A DNA stretch of 64,000 bases from a bacterium (lineage in GTDB: Bacteria > Bacteroidota > Bacteroidia > Bacteroidales > UBA3663). This document shows positions 24,335 through 33,661 of the stretch, in pieces. The notes under the pieces are model-generated. The model searched no databases. It saw nothing but the letters and a program-made list of their open reading frames with translations, and had not been told where the DNA came from. Positions within the stretch are counted from its first letter, which is position 1, and every line of letters begins with the position of its first letter. Where the stretch lies: positions 10,244 to 74,243 of the forward strand of contig CAVGQN010000003.1 in the NCBI GenBank assembly GCA_963631395.1, written 5' to 3'. A program made the translations under genes and the position numbers.

Positions 24335-25165
24335 TCAGTTCTTCAGTTCCTTGATGGCCTTGATCATTTCGGCAATCGTGACCTCGCGATAAGCGGAGGT
24401 GGGTTTGAAGGCATTCCACCCCTTCTTGCTCACAGCCACCGAACTCAAGGACAAATTCACCGAGACGCTTTGTGAGCCCATTTTGCCGCTCAGCACCTCG
24501 GTACCAGGCACAGTGCCCTCACCCACCGCGACGGGGTTGCTATAGGCGCACGACACAGTCGCGCCCTTTACGGGCACACTGACAGAAGTGGCCGAGAGGT
24601 TGTCGCTGCGGTCGATGGTGTAGGAAAGCGTGTACTTGCGGCTCGAGAGGCTACCCTCGAGCGTGCCGTCGTCGTGTTTATCCCAAGCGAACTGCCGGAA
24701 GTCGCCGTCAGCGGCTTCGCCTTTGCCCGGCACGAAGATACGGCCCAAGAGCAAGGCTTCGACAGCCTCCAGTTTTGCCTCATTCTCCAGGCCAAGTTTG
24801 GCAATGGTCTCGGACAGGGGGAGGATGGTGTAGATTTTGTCGAACTTGTCGACGACGGTCACCTGGTCTGGTGTGGCCTCGACACGGGCCACCTCGATGC
24901 CGAACACGGTGGCTGTGAGGCACAGCCACTGGCCGTGATGCACATACATGCGACCGCTCAGGCTGGTGCTGCCCATCGTATACTTGGCTTTGGCCGACAG
25001 GTACTGAAAATCAAAATTGCGGTCGAGGGCGGTTTCGTAACGCTGCTTGGCAGCATCGAGGTCGGCCTTGTTGAGCGTAGATTGCGACGAACGGCAGGCG
25101 GCCATCAGCACGGCCAGCACGGCCACACTCAGCATCAGAGTCAGTTTCTTCATATTCTTCATCAT
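24335..25165 (-). CDS. DUF4292-like lipoprotein
   Basis: Lipobox LMAAC. Its position between the TPR protein and the M23 peptidase matches a block conserved in Bacteroidota. The family assignment is from memory and synteny. Confidence 0.6.
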   Translation of the reverse strand: MMKNMKKLTLMLSVAVLAVLMAACRSSQSTLNKADLDAAKQRYETALDRNFDFQYLSAKAKYTMGSTSLSGRMYVHHGQWLCLTATVFGIEVARVEATPDQVTVVDKFDKIYTILPLSETIAKLGLENEAKLEAVEALLLGRIFVPGKGEAADGDFRQFAWDKHDDGTLEGSLSSRKYTLSYTIDRSDNLSATSVSVPVKGATVSCAYSNPVAVGEGTVPGTEVLSGKMGSQSVSVNLSLSSVAVSKKGWNAFKPTSAYREVTIAEMIKAIKELKN

Positions 25166-25294
25166 ATACTTTTCTGTTTTACGGTTCTTATTGCTTTTGT
25201 ATATTGCTTTTGTATGTTTCTTTGTCCTTACCTTTATATATATGTTGCGGATATATATGCCGGGGACTTGGCTATAAGCGCACTTTTGTCCATT

Positions 25295-26995
25295 CTATTC
25301 GCCCAAGGCCTTGAGGATGGCGTCGTAGTGCAGCACCAAGGTGGCGTCGGGATTGTCGCCGGCCTTTTCAAGGGCTTTCTGCTGGTAGATTTTGGCCAAA
25401 GTGTAGTTGCCCTGCAGATAGAAAATCCAGGCGTAGGTGTCAAGATAAGTCGCCACATCGGGATACTGCTTGACGACCTTGGCCGCCATCGATTCGGCTT
25501 TCATCAGGTCCCCGCCACTGGTGCAGAGATGGTAGGCGTAGTTGTTAAGCACTGCATAGTTGCGCTCGTTGTAGACCAAAGCCTTGTCGTAGCAGGCGTA
25601 GGCCTCGGATGGATTGCCGAGTTCGCTATAGACATCGCCCTTGTACCCCCAGATGGTCGACAGGGTGTAAATCTCGGACTTGTCGATGTGCTGCAGGGCA
25701 TCGTCGTAGCAGACCAAAGCGCTGTCGAGCTGATGGCGGTTGGTGTAGGCATAAGCCGGCATCAGGTAGGCGTCGGGCAAAGTGGGATGCAGGCGCCGGG
25801 CGGACTGGCCCAGCTGAAACACCGTAGGGAAGTCACCCAACTGTGCGGCAAGGGTCAGGGCATGCGACCAATAGCGGCTCTCGGAGGGCTGCAAGTCGAC
25901 GGCAAAGCGCATCTGCACCAGCGCCAGACTGTCCTGATGGATGGCCGACAGATAGTCGGCATGGAGGTCGTAAACCTGATCGGATGTGGGATGCATCGTC
26001 GCCACGGTGACGAAGAGCGAGTCGGCCTCGGGCAAAGAGATGGCGGTCGTGTCGTTGGCCAAGGACTTCTCTTTGGCCACCTTCTGAAGGGCGGTCTTGA
26101 GATATTCGGTCAGGATCTTGATTTTGGTGTCGATGTCCAGGTTGGCATTGAGCAAGGCGCACTGCACCAACGAGTCGGCTGCCTGTTGGTTGCCGGTCAC
26201 GCTGTAGTAATTGGACTGGGCAATCCAAAGGTAAGCATTGTCGGGGTCGATGCGGGCCGCCTCATCGTAGGTGTGCTTGGCCTGCGGGAGCATGCCCGAC
26301 TGCATCTGCAGGTCGCCCAAACGGATGCGGTACGAGATGTCGTAGGGGAACCGCTCTATCAGCTTCTCGTACTCGCGGAAAGCCTCGTCGGTCTTGCCCT
26401 GCTCCTTGAGGATATAGAATTTGTGCAGCGTCAGGTTGGGGTTGATGCCGTCCAGTTCTTCGATGCGGTCGAGGGCATGAAGACACGAATCGAGCTGCTC
26501 GCCACGGAGATAGAGTTCGGCCAAAGCGTAGCAGGGTTCGCTCTTGTCGGGATAGATGCGCTGCAGACGTTCGTAGCAAGGGATGGCAAGGTCAAAGCGG
26601 TGGCGGTCAGTGTACTGCTCGCCGAGTTCGCTGCTGTACCAATAGTTGGTCGAGTCAAGGCGCGCTGCCAGTTCGGCGTCACGCAAGCCCAACGGATTGC
26701 CCTCGCTCCGGTACAGTCGGCTGCGGAAGTAAAGGGCCGGAGCAGACAGACTGTCGACGGTCAAGGCCTCGCTGACTAGCCGCATGGCCTCGGCGGGCTT
26801 GTCTTGCAACTGCATGGAGAGCGCCTCGAAATAGAGCGAGTCGAACTGCAGCTGCTGCTCGCGCGTCAACGTGACCGGACACAAGGCTGGCTGTCGGTCG
26901 GCAGTCACCGCGTCCTGCACCTTGGCCTTATGTCGGGCAAAGGCAGCCGGCTGGCACAAGGCCAAAACGACGAGCCACAAGTGTATCTTATTCAT
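25295..26995 (-). CDS. tetratricopeptide-repeat (TPR) protein, secreted
   Basis: 566 aa, signal MNKIHLWLVVLALCQPAAFA. Repeated 34-aa A/Y/L patterns run throughout. Confidence 0.8.
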   Translation of the reverse strand: MNKIHLWLVVLALCQPAAFARHKAKVQDAVTADRQPALCPVTLTREQQLQFDSLYFEALSMQLQDKPAEAMRLVSEALTVDSLSAPALYFRSRLYRSEGNPLGLRDAELAARLDSTNYWYSSELGEQYTDRHRFDLAIPCYERLQRIYPDKSEPCYALAELYLRGEQLDSCLHALDRIEELDGINPNLTLHKFYILKEQGKTDEAFREYEKLIERFPYDISYRIRLGDLQMQSGMLPQAKHTYDEAARIDPDNAYLWIAQSNYYSVTGNQQAADSLVQCALLNANLDIDTKIKILTEYLKTALQKVAKEKSLANDTTAISLPEADSLFVTVATMHPTSDQVYDLHADYLSAIHQDSLALVQMRFAVDLQPSESRYWSHALTLAAQLGDFPTVFQLGQSARRLHPTLPDAYLMPAYAYTNRHQLDSALVCYDDALQHIDKSEIYTLSTIWGYKGDVYSELGNPSEAYACYDKALVYNERNYAVLNNYAYHLCTSGGDLMKAESMAAKVVKQYPDVATYLDTYAWIFYLQGNYTLAKIYQQKALEKAGDNPDATLVLHYDAILKALGE

Positions 26996-27087
26996 CTGCT
27001 TTGTTGTCTCTATCTTTCTTTTCCGCTAAGATGCTTTACTCTTGCTCCGGTCCAAAATTCGAGCCCGGACAATTGGTTTTCAACATC

Positions 27088-27864
27088 TTAGGCTATAGTC
27101 ACATACATGCCTTCGCTAACCAAAGGCGCCACATATCCAGCCATTTCCTCATGGCTCACACGGACCAAATCAGGCTCGGGCGTGGGGCGGTCCAGGCTGT
27201 AGACCATAATCTGATGGGGCCGAATCTCGCGCATGAGGTCTTGCCAGGCGGCCACCTCTTCGGGCGTGGTGTTGTCGACCTTGTGCCCGCCATGCATACC
27301 GCGCACGAACATGGTCTGCACGATGAGTTGGCCACGGAAAGCCTTCATTCCCTCGACCACGGTGCGCACACTGTAGTGGCTGTCTTGCGGCTGGTTGATA
27401 AGCCGGACGGTCTCGTCCCGCCCGCCGTCAATCTTGAGGATGTTGTTGTCGACCTTGAGCAAAGCGGCAAACACACTGGGGCGGCCTATCTGCGTGGCGT
27501 TGCTCAAGACGCTGACCTTGACGGCCGGATAGTACTTGTCGCGCAGGGCAAGCGTGCGGTCGATGACCCGATCGAAGTCGGGATGTAGCGTCGGCTCGCC
27601 ATTGCCGGCAAAGGTGATGACGTCGAGCGCTTCGCCCGCCGAATGCATGGCCTGCAACTTGGCCTCGAGCTCGGCCATCACTGCGTCGGCCTCGGGAAAC
27701 TTGCCGCCCCGATGGTCGGCATTCCAGCCCACCTCGCAGTAAAGACAATCGAACGAACAGACCTTGCCGTCCTTGGGAAGCAGGTTGACACCCAACGAAA
27801 TGCCTAGACGACGACTGTGTATCGGGCCTACGATATTGGTGCTGAAGATATCGGGTTTATCCAT
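27088..27864 (-). CDS. radical SAM protein
   Basis: CSFDCLYCEVGW matches the CxxxCxxC cluster motif, and FAGNGEPTLHPDF is a glycine-rich SAM motif. Confidence 0.8.
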   Translation of the reverse strand: MDKPDIFSTNIVGPIHSRRLGISLGVNLLPKDGKVCSFDCLYCEVGWNADHRGGKFPEADAVMAELEAKLQAMHSAGEALDVITFAGNGEPTLHPDFDRVIDRTLALRDKYYPAVKVSVLSNATQIGRPSVFAALLKVDNNILKIDGGRDETVRLINQPQDSHYSVRTVVEGMKAFRGQLIVQTMFVRGMHGGHKVDNTTPEEVAAWQDLMREIRPHQIMVYSLDRPTPEPDLVRVSHEEMAGYVAPLVSEGMYVTIA

Positions 27865-27886
27865 TGTGCATACGTAAAAATCGGGA

Positions 27887-27918
27887 CAAAGGTACTAAGA
27901 AATGCAGAAATAACCAAA
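27887..27918 (-). promoter_or_regulatory. promoter candidate for the radical SAM gene
   Basis: On the minus strand: TTTG (27918-27915), N20, TACCTTTG (27894-27887). Back to back with the hflX promoter. Confidence 0.5.
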
Positions 27919-27922
27919 AATA

Positions 27923-27954
27923 TTTGTATGTTTTTGAAATTTGACGTACCTTTG
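27923..27954 (+). promoter_or_regulatory. promoter candidate for hflX
   Basis: TTTG (27923-27926), N20, TACCTTTG (27947-27954). Confidence 0.5.
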
Positions 27955-28024
27955 TGCGCTCCGGAGGGAAACAATCGGACGACAGTGCCGCCGGAGTTGT
28001 TTCCAACACCGGGCTCACACCGCT

Positions 28025-29449
28025 ATGAAAGAATTCATACTCAATCAAACGAAAAGCGAAAACGCCATCCTCATCGGTCTGGTCACCAAGACGCAGAACG
28101 AGCAGAAGACCAACGAATATCTCGACGAACTGGCCTTCCTGGCCGACACGGCCGGAGCGGTCACCGTCAAGCGTTTTGTACAAAAACTCGACACCCCCAA
28201 CAACCGCACCTATGTGGGAGCAGGCAAACTGCAGGAGATTAAAGAGTTTATTGAACGGCGCAACGAGGAGTACAAGCAATACCAGGCCGACTACAAGGAG
28301 TGTGTCGACAATGCCCGCAACAAGAAGGAGGCCGACGAAGTGCCGCTGCCTCCCGACCCGCGCGTGGGCATGGTCATCTTCGACGACGACCTCGGACCCA
28401 AGCAGCTGCAGATACTGGAGGCGGAACTGGGCGTCAAAATCCTGGACCGAACCTCGCTCATCCTCGACATCTTTGCCAGCCGGGCCAAGACCGACACGGC
28501 CAAGACGCAAGTAGAACTGGCCCAATACCAATACCTGCTACCCCGCCTGACCGGACTGTGGACGCACCTGGAGCGACAGAAAGGCGGCATCGGTATGCGC
28601 GGACCGGGCGAGACACAGATAGAGACCGACCGACGCATCGTCCTCGACCGTATCTCGCTCTGCAAGAAGTGGCTCGAACAAATTGACCGGCAGAAGGCCA
28701 CTCAACGCAAGAACCGCGGCAACCTGGTGCGCGTGGCCCTGGTGGGCTACACAAACGTGGGCAAGTCAACACTGCTCAACCTGCTGGCCAAGAGCGATGT
28801 CTTCGCCGAAAACAAACTCTTCGCCACCCTCGACACGACGGTGCGCAAGGTCATCGTAGACAACCTGCCCTTCCTGATGTCGGACACGGTAGGCTTCATC
28901 CGCAAACTGCCCACACACCTGGTGGAGTCGTTCAAGTCGACCCTCGACGAGGTGCGCGAAGCCGACCTGCTGGTGCATGTGGTCGACATCTCGCACCCGC
29001 AGTTTGAAGACCAAATCAAGGTCGTCGAACAAACGCTCAACGACGTGTGCCGCGACACTACCATCCAGGACGAAAGGGTCAACGACCGCAACGGATACAA
29101 CCGCAAGGACAAGAAACAGTTCGAACGCGACCTGCGCGAACGCGGACACGACAAGCCGATGCTGCTCGTCTTCAATAAGGTCGACAACTATCACTTCGTG
29201 CCCAAGGACGAGGACGACCTGACCCCTGCCACGGCTGAAAATATCTCGCTCGACGAACTCAAGAAGACGTGGATGGCCCGTATGAGTAACAACTGCATCT
29301 TCATCTCGGCCAAGACGGGACAGGGCGTCGAAGAACTGAAAAGCCGGCTCTATGAGATGGTAAAGGAAATCCACACAAAGCGTTTCCCCTACAACAACTT
29401 CCTGTTCCAGTACTACGACGACCTGCCTGAATCCGAGTCGGAAGAGTAA
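28025..29449 (+). CDS. hflX: GTPase HflX
   Basis: ATG 28025. HflX N-domain (LDELAFLADTAGA, YVGAGKLQEIKEF). G-domain VALVGYTNVGKSTLLN...DTVGFIRKLP...NKVD. Charged insertions relative to the usual length. Confidence 0.85.
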   Translation: MKEFILNQTKSENAILIGLVTKTQNEQKTNEYLDELAFLADTAGAVTVKRFVQKLDTPNNRTYVGAGKLQEIKEFIERRNEEYKQYQADYKECVDNARNKKEADEVPLPPDPRVGMVIFDDDLGPKQLQILEAELGVKILDRTSLILDIFASRAKTDTAKTQVELAQYQYLLPRLTGLWTHLERQKGGIGMRGPGETQIETDRRIVLDRISLCKKWLEQIDRQKATQRKNRGNLVRVALVGYTNVGKSTLLNLLAKSDVFAENKLFATLDTTVRKVIVDNLPFLMSDTVGFIRKLPTHLVESFKSTLDEVREADLLVHVVDISHPQFEDQIKVVEQTLNDVCRDTTIQDERVNDRNGYNRKDKKQFERDLRERGHDKPMLLVFNKVDNYHFVPKDEDDLTPATAENISLDELKKTWMARMSNNCIFISAKTGQGVEELKSRLYEMVKEIHTKRFPYNNFLFQYYDDLPESESEE

Positions 29450-29454
29450 AAGAA

Positions 29455-29637
29455 CTCGGGGAAACTGAATGTTGAGGAAGTCAAAAAGTCAAGGTCCAGG
29501 AAAACTGAACTATTGAGAAAGACATGAAGTCAAAGCCCGGGGTTCTTTGAGCTCAAGAATATTGAAGAAGTCAAAAAGTAAAGGCTTGGATTTCCCCGAG
29601 CACAGGAATATTGAAGAAGTCAAAAAGTAAAGGCTTG
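29455..29637. repeat. ~49-nt degenerate tandem repeats ending in a perfect 31-nt duplicate
   Basis: AATATTGAAGAAGTCAAAAAGTAAAGGCTTG at 29558-29588 and 29607-29637. Degenerate copies lie at ~29481-29510 (GTTGAGGAAGTCAAAAAGTCAAGG) and ~29523-29540 (CATGAAGTCAAAGCCCGG). Confidence 0.85.
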
Positions 29638-29662
29638 TGGGGGGTCCCAAGCCTTTACTTTT
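29623..29662. terminator. bidirectional terminator between hflX and glgB
   Basis: Perfect 15-bp stem AAAAGTAAAGGCTTG / CAAGCCTTTACTTTT with a GC-rich loop. The A/T runs form part of the stem on both strands. Confidence 0.7.
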
Positions 29663-29676
29663 ATCTTATTCTTGAC

Positions 29677-31824
29677 TTAATCGGCATTGATGTTGCGCTT
29701 GAAGACAAGCACAGAGCGGGCGGGAATGTAGACCTTGAGCCAGCCCTTGCCGTCGGCAGCATAGAGGGGGTCGGACTGGGTGCGATAGGGCGCCGAGGCC
29801 GAGACATTGCCGAAACCGCCGTAGTTGGGATCGTCGCTATTGAGCACCAGGTTATACTCGCCCTCACGGCAGAGGAAGCCGTAGTCGGTGTAAGAGCGCT
29901 GCCCGTCGAAGTTGAAGATGAAGAGCAGACGCCGGCGCTCGAAGGCGATAACGTGGTCGCCGCGGTTGTCCCAGATGGGGATGATGGGCGACTCGTTGAA
30001 GTTGTACACACTGAGGAGGAGCTTGATGCAGTCGCGGTCCCAGTTGTTGAGGAAACGGAAGTTGAGGTCCTGCCTGTCGACGAGGTCCCACTGGCGGCGT
30101 GCGTACTTGTAGCTCCAGCCGTTGCCTTCGCGCGGGAAGTCTATCCACTCGGGGTGGCCGAACTCGTTGCCCATAAAGTTGAGGTAACCGCCGTTGATGG
30201 TCGACATGGTGATGAGACGAATCATCTTGTGCAAGGCAATGCCGCGATGCACGTTGAGGTTCTCGTCGCCTATCTTGAAGTGCCAGTACATGTCGCTGTC
30301 TATCAGGCGGAAGATGACGGTCTTATCGCCCACCAGGGCCTGGTCGTGACTCTCGACGTAAGAGATGGTCCGCTCGTCGGGACGACGGTTGGTGAGCGTC
30401 CAGAAGATGTCGGTAGTGTTCCAGTCCTCGTCGCGCTTCTCCTTGAGCAGCTTGATCCAATAGTCGGGGATGCCCATGGCCAGGCGGTAGTCGAAGCCCA
30501 TGCCGCCGTCGGTGAGAGGCGAAGCCAGACCGGGCATTCCGGACATCTCTTCGGCAATGGTGATGGCTGTCGGCTTGAACTCGTGTATCATCTTGTTGGC
30601 CAAAGTCAGGTAGCAGATGGCGTCGCCGTCCTCGTTGCCGTCGAAGTAATCGCCATAGCCCGTAAAGTCCTTGCCCAGGCCGTGGTTGAGGTAGAGCATG
30701 GAGGTCACGCCGTCAAAGCGGAAGCCGTCAAACTGATAGACGTCGAGCCAGTACTTGCAGTTGGAGAGCAGGAAGTGCAGCACCTCGTTGGAGGCGTAGT
30801 TGAAACAGAGACTGTCCCAGGCGGGATGCTCACGGCGACCGCCGGAATAGAAGTACTGGTCGGGCTGTCCGCAGAAGTTGCCGAGTCCCTCGACTTCGTT
30901 TTTGGCAGCATGGCTGTGCACGATGTCCATGATGACGGCAATGCCCATGCGGTGTGCGTCGTCGATGAGGTGCTTGAGCTCGTCGGGCGTACCGAAGCGG
31001 CTCGAGGCTGCAAAGAAGTTGGTCACATGATAGCCGAACGAACCGTAGTACGGGTGCTCCTGGATGGCCATAATCTGTATGGCCGTGTAGCCGAGACGAT
31101 GGATGCGGGGCAGGACGTTGCGGCGGAACTCCTCGTACGTGCCTACGCGCTCCTCGCTGGTGGCCATGCCGATGTGGCACTCGTAGATCATCAGCGGGTT
31201 GACCTGCGGCTTGAACATCTTGCTGAAAGCAAAGCGATAGGGCCGTGCGGGTGCCCATACCTGTGCGGAGAATATCTTGGTCTCGGGGTCCTGCACAACA
31301 CGGTCGGCCCACGCCGGGATGCGTTCGCCCGAACCGCCGTCCCAATATATCTTGAGCTTGTAGAGGTCGAGGTGCTTGATGCTGTCGCCCTTGAGGACTA
31401 TCTCCCACACGCCGCCCTTGTTCAAGCGGCGCAAGGCGTAGTCTTTGGACTCCTGCCAGTTGTTGAACGTACCGACCATATAGATGCGCGAGGCATTGGG
31501 TGCCCACTCGCGGAAGTACCAGCGGCCGTCTTCGCCCTTGTGCAGGCCAAAGTATTCGTAGCCGGAAGCCATGTCGCTCAGGCTCTTGCTCTTACGGGTG
31601 AGTTCGTGCTCCTTCCAGAGCTGATACTTGTAGCGCCCTATGATGGCGTCAGAGTAGGGTCGGAGATAAGGGTCGTTGCGGAGCAGACGGAAGGATGTCG
31701 GCGAGAGCCAGTCCATCCACTGCCGGATGATGTCGTCGTTGTTGGTGGCGAGCACGGCGTTGGCACTGGCCGGATAGGCTGAAAAACGGCGCTGCCGCAG
31801 TTGCGGATGCAGGTTTAAGTTCAT
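29677..31824 (-). CDS. glgB: 1,4-alpha-glucan branching enzyme (GH13, eukaryote-like type)
   Basis: YEYFGLHKGEDGRWYFREWAPNA, GIAVIMDIVHSHA, GFRFDGVTSMLY and ESHDQALVGDKT are GH13 regions I-IV. The first 36 codons may be leader (alternative ATG 31716). Confidence 0.85.
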   Translation of the reverse strand: MNLNLHPQLRQRRFSAYPASANAVLATNNDDIIRQWMDWLSPTSFRLLRNDPYLRPYSDAIIGRYKYQLWKEHELTRKSKSLSDMASGYEYFGLHKGEDGRWYFREWAPNASRIYMVGTFNNWQESKDYALRRLNKGGVWEIVLKGDSIKHLDLYKLKIYWDGGSGERIPAWADRVVQDPETKIFSAQVWAPARPYRFAFSKMFKPQVNPLMIYECHIGMATSEERVGTYEEFRRNVLPRIHRLGYTAIQIMAIQEHPYYGSFGYHVTNFFAASSRFGTPDELKHLIDDAHRMGIAVIMDIVHSHAAKNEVEGLGNFCGQPDQYFYSGGRREHPAWDSLCFNYASNEVLHFLLSNCKYWLDVYQFDGFRFDGVTSMLYLNHGLGKDFTGYGDYFDGNEDGDAICYLTLANKMIHEFKPTAITIAEEMSGMPGLASPLTDGGMGFDYRLAMGIPDYWIKLLKEKRDEDWNTTDIFWTLTNRRPDERTISYVESHDQALVGDKTVIFRLIDSDMYWHFKIGDENLNVHRGIALHKMIRLITMSTINGGYLNFMGNEFGHPEWIDFPREGNGWSYKYARRQWDLVDRQDLNFRFLNNWDRDCIKLLLSVYNFNESPIIPIWDNRGDHVIAFERRRLLFIFNFDGQRSYTDYGFLCREGEYNLVLNSDDPNYGGFGNVSASAPYRTQSDPLYAADGKGWLKVYIPARSVLVFKRNINAD

Positions 31825-32016
31825 AGGTCGTAGGGTTTTGTTAGTTGAATCTAAAAGTCGAAGGTTTTGATGATTTGTTCTAAATAAACGATAGTCGGGG
31901 CATCCGGATTGTTATGTCCAAACGCGTGCCCGCGTATCTAAACGGCGTATCAGCGTCTGACCTTTTGGCTACGAGAGCCGGGGTCGGACGCTGACTGAAG
32001 CACGTGCAGCAAGGGG

Positions 32017-32463
32017 TCAAAACTTAACCTTGACGATGACCTTGCGGAACTGTCCCTCAGCGATGCAGGGCTGATGGCCGTCCTCAGGGAAGAAGATGGC
32101 AAATTGACCCGGCTGGACGTTGAGGTAAGTCTGTGCTTTGTCGTAATAGAAGGTGATGTCCTTCTCGGCATTGTACGCATCGCGCGGCTCCTTGAGCTCG
32201 CAGGTGGGCGTATAACCCATTGTCTCGACGTGCTCGAGGGCTATCTGAATGTCGATATAGTCGCGGTGTGTCTCCATCTTGGCCTCAGCCTCGGTCTTGC
32301 CGGTCACCTGCTGGTAGTTGACAAAGAGGTTCTTGCCATCAAGCATAATCTTGCCCGGCTCGAGCTTGGAAAAGTCGGTGTTGCGGACAAACTCAAATGC
32401 CTGATGGAAGGCGGGATGCAAAGACTCGTACTTTGCGCTGTTTTGTAATGAATCTAGAATCAT
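32017..32463 (-). CDS. YhcH/YjgK/YiaL (DUF386) family protein
   Basis: 148 aa from ATG 32463. HRDYIDIQIALEHVETMGY...GQFAIFFPEDGHQP is typical of the family. Confidence 0.75.
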   Translation of the reverse strand: MILDSLQNSAKYESLHPAFHQAFEFVRNTDFSKLEPGKIMLDGKNLFVNYQQVTGKTEAEAKMETHRDYIDIQIALEHVETMGYTPTCELKEPRDAYNAEKDITFYYDKAQTYLNVQPGQFAIFFPEDGHQPCIAEGQFRKVIVKVKF

Positions 32464-32548
32464 AACGTTAAGTTGTAAATAATATGGTGTGCGTTGTGCC
32501 TCCGGAAGCACTAAATCTCTATCTTAAAACTTAATTCTAAGTTCTAAA

Positions 32549-33028
32549 TCACTTTCGCGGTTCTTCGTGCCTGGGCTGACGGGCGAGCTTGTCGATAAAC
32601 CTCTTCTCGGCCAACTGGTAGCTGTAGAGTTGCTTGGGCGTCAAGACCTTGGCAAACTTGAGGAGATACTCCTGCTCGAGCTTGGTGTCCTCGATGCGCA
32701 GGGAAATATCATCAAAGACGGCCTTCTGATAGACGCTGTCGGGAATGGCCTCGCCGCTCTGATGCCGACGCACCAGACCACGCTGAGGACGGTACTTGCG
32801 CATAAGCTGACCCTTGGCCTTCATCATCTGCCGGTAAAGCGGCACAAACTTGGCCGAATCGGCTGCCGGGAGCTGCATCTCGGCCATCAGGAAACGGGTC
32901 TTTTCGGCCATAAACTGCTCAAACGACGGCTTGGGCCGACGTGGGGCAGCCTGGTCCTCCTGAGCCAGGGCAGGTGCGGCCGTCAAGGCCGAAAGCATCA
33001 GGCAAACTAACAATACAAAGTGCTTCAT
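32549..33028 (-). CDS. periplasmic LTXXQ-motif (Spy/CpxP-like) protein
   Basis: Signal MKHFVLLVCLMLSALTAAPALA. Helical and charged, with an LTPKQ motif. Sits downstream of the ECF sigma / anti-sigma pair. Confidence 0.45.
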   Translation of the reverse strand: MKHFVLLVCLMLSALTAAPALAQEDQAAPRRPKPSFEQFMAEKTRFLMAEMQLPAADSAKFVPLYRQMMKAKGQLMRKYRPQRGLVRRHQSGEAIPDSVYQKAVFDDISLRIEDTKLEQEYLLKFAKVLTPKQLYSYQLAEKRFIDKLARQPRHEEPRK

Positions 33029-33035
33029 AAGGCTA

Positions 33036-33470
33036 TCAATATATGTCACAATAGAGGTCGTAGAGGTCGTAATCGTTGACCGACTCGACCATAATCTTCT
33101 CGGCATCGTAGACGTCATGACTATCGTCGGTCGTGGTCTCTACGCTGGCCATCATGTCGGTGGCTACAGGCGCCTCGCTACCGGTCACACCGTGATAGAC
33201 CACACCTCCAATGGCCAATACCAGGACGGCACAAGCGGCTACTGCCCACCTGCGCCACATCGGTACAACCACACCGCCACGGGTGTGACTCTCTGCATTG
33301 AGACGACTCTGTGCGGCAGGGGCTCCAGCCTCAAGCGCCTTTTGGCTCTCATAGCGGTCGACCTCCTGCTCTATACGCGCCTGCATCTGCTCGAAGAAGC
33401 CCTCGGGCACTGTCATACCGGCCTTGCCTCGCGCGCCGGCGCTGTACTTTATGTCTTCCATCCTTTTCAT
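33036..33470 (-). CDS. putative anti-sigma factor (single-pass membrane protein)
   Basis: 144 aa with a central TM segment WAVAACAVLVLAIGGVVY. Called from its position after the ECF sigma gene. No recognisable zinc-binding anti-sigma motif. Confidence 0.45.
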   Translation of the reverse strand: MKRMEDIKYSAGARGKAGMTVPEGFFEQMQARIEQEVDRYESQKALEAGAPAAQSRLNAESHTRGGVVVPMWRRWAVAACAVLVLAIGGVVYHGVTGSEAPVATDMMASVETTTDDSHDVYDAEKIMVESVNDYDLYDLYCDIY

Positions 33471-33661
33471 AGCGTTCGGATTTTTACACTCTTATGAGTG
33501 TGGTTGTGTCGAAAGGTTTAAAAAATATGTATATTTTTCTTTATTATAATATGTATATTTCTCTTCTTTGGCTACTTCCTTGCTGCATGTTTGGCAATTT
33601 CCTTGCTTTCTATTTTCTATTTCCCTGCCTCAGAATGATGAGCCTGAACAGGTCGGCCATG

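Noticed and set aside
29611-31782. Very long ORFs on the strand opposite to called genes. Examples: 29611..31782(+), 24674..26779(+), 9941..11992(+), 3890..5635(-), 7595..9187(-), 14429..16054(+), 17100..18581(-), 49701..51545(+), 62311..63543(+), 45141..46394(-), 7..1038(+).
   Set aside because: They mirror genes that have clear family motifs. Their products are Ala/Arg/Gly/Val/His-rich with no recognisable motifs. They are the expected shadow ORFs of GC-rich coding DNA, where stop codons are rare in the antisense frames.
31825-32016. GC-richer spacer with an imperfect inverted repeat ATCAGCGTCTGACC / GGTCGGACGCTGAC, considered as a tRNA, sRNA or terminator.
   Set aside because: No tRNA cloverleaf elements (no GTTCRA T-loop, no acceptor pairing). 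No U-tract follows the hairpin on the transcribed (minus) strand. Left unannotated.
33471-33661. Small ORFs (16 aa MADLFRLIILRQGNRK starting 1 nt after the sigma stop; 14 aa MQQGSSQRREIYIL) and the palindrome ACACTCTTATGAGTGT (33486-33501) in the 191-bp sigma / anti-sigma gap.
   Set aside because: The ORFs are too short and compositionally spacer-like to support. The palindrome may be an operator or hairpin, but I have no way to distinguish that from chance in an AT-rich spacer.
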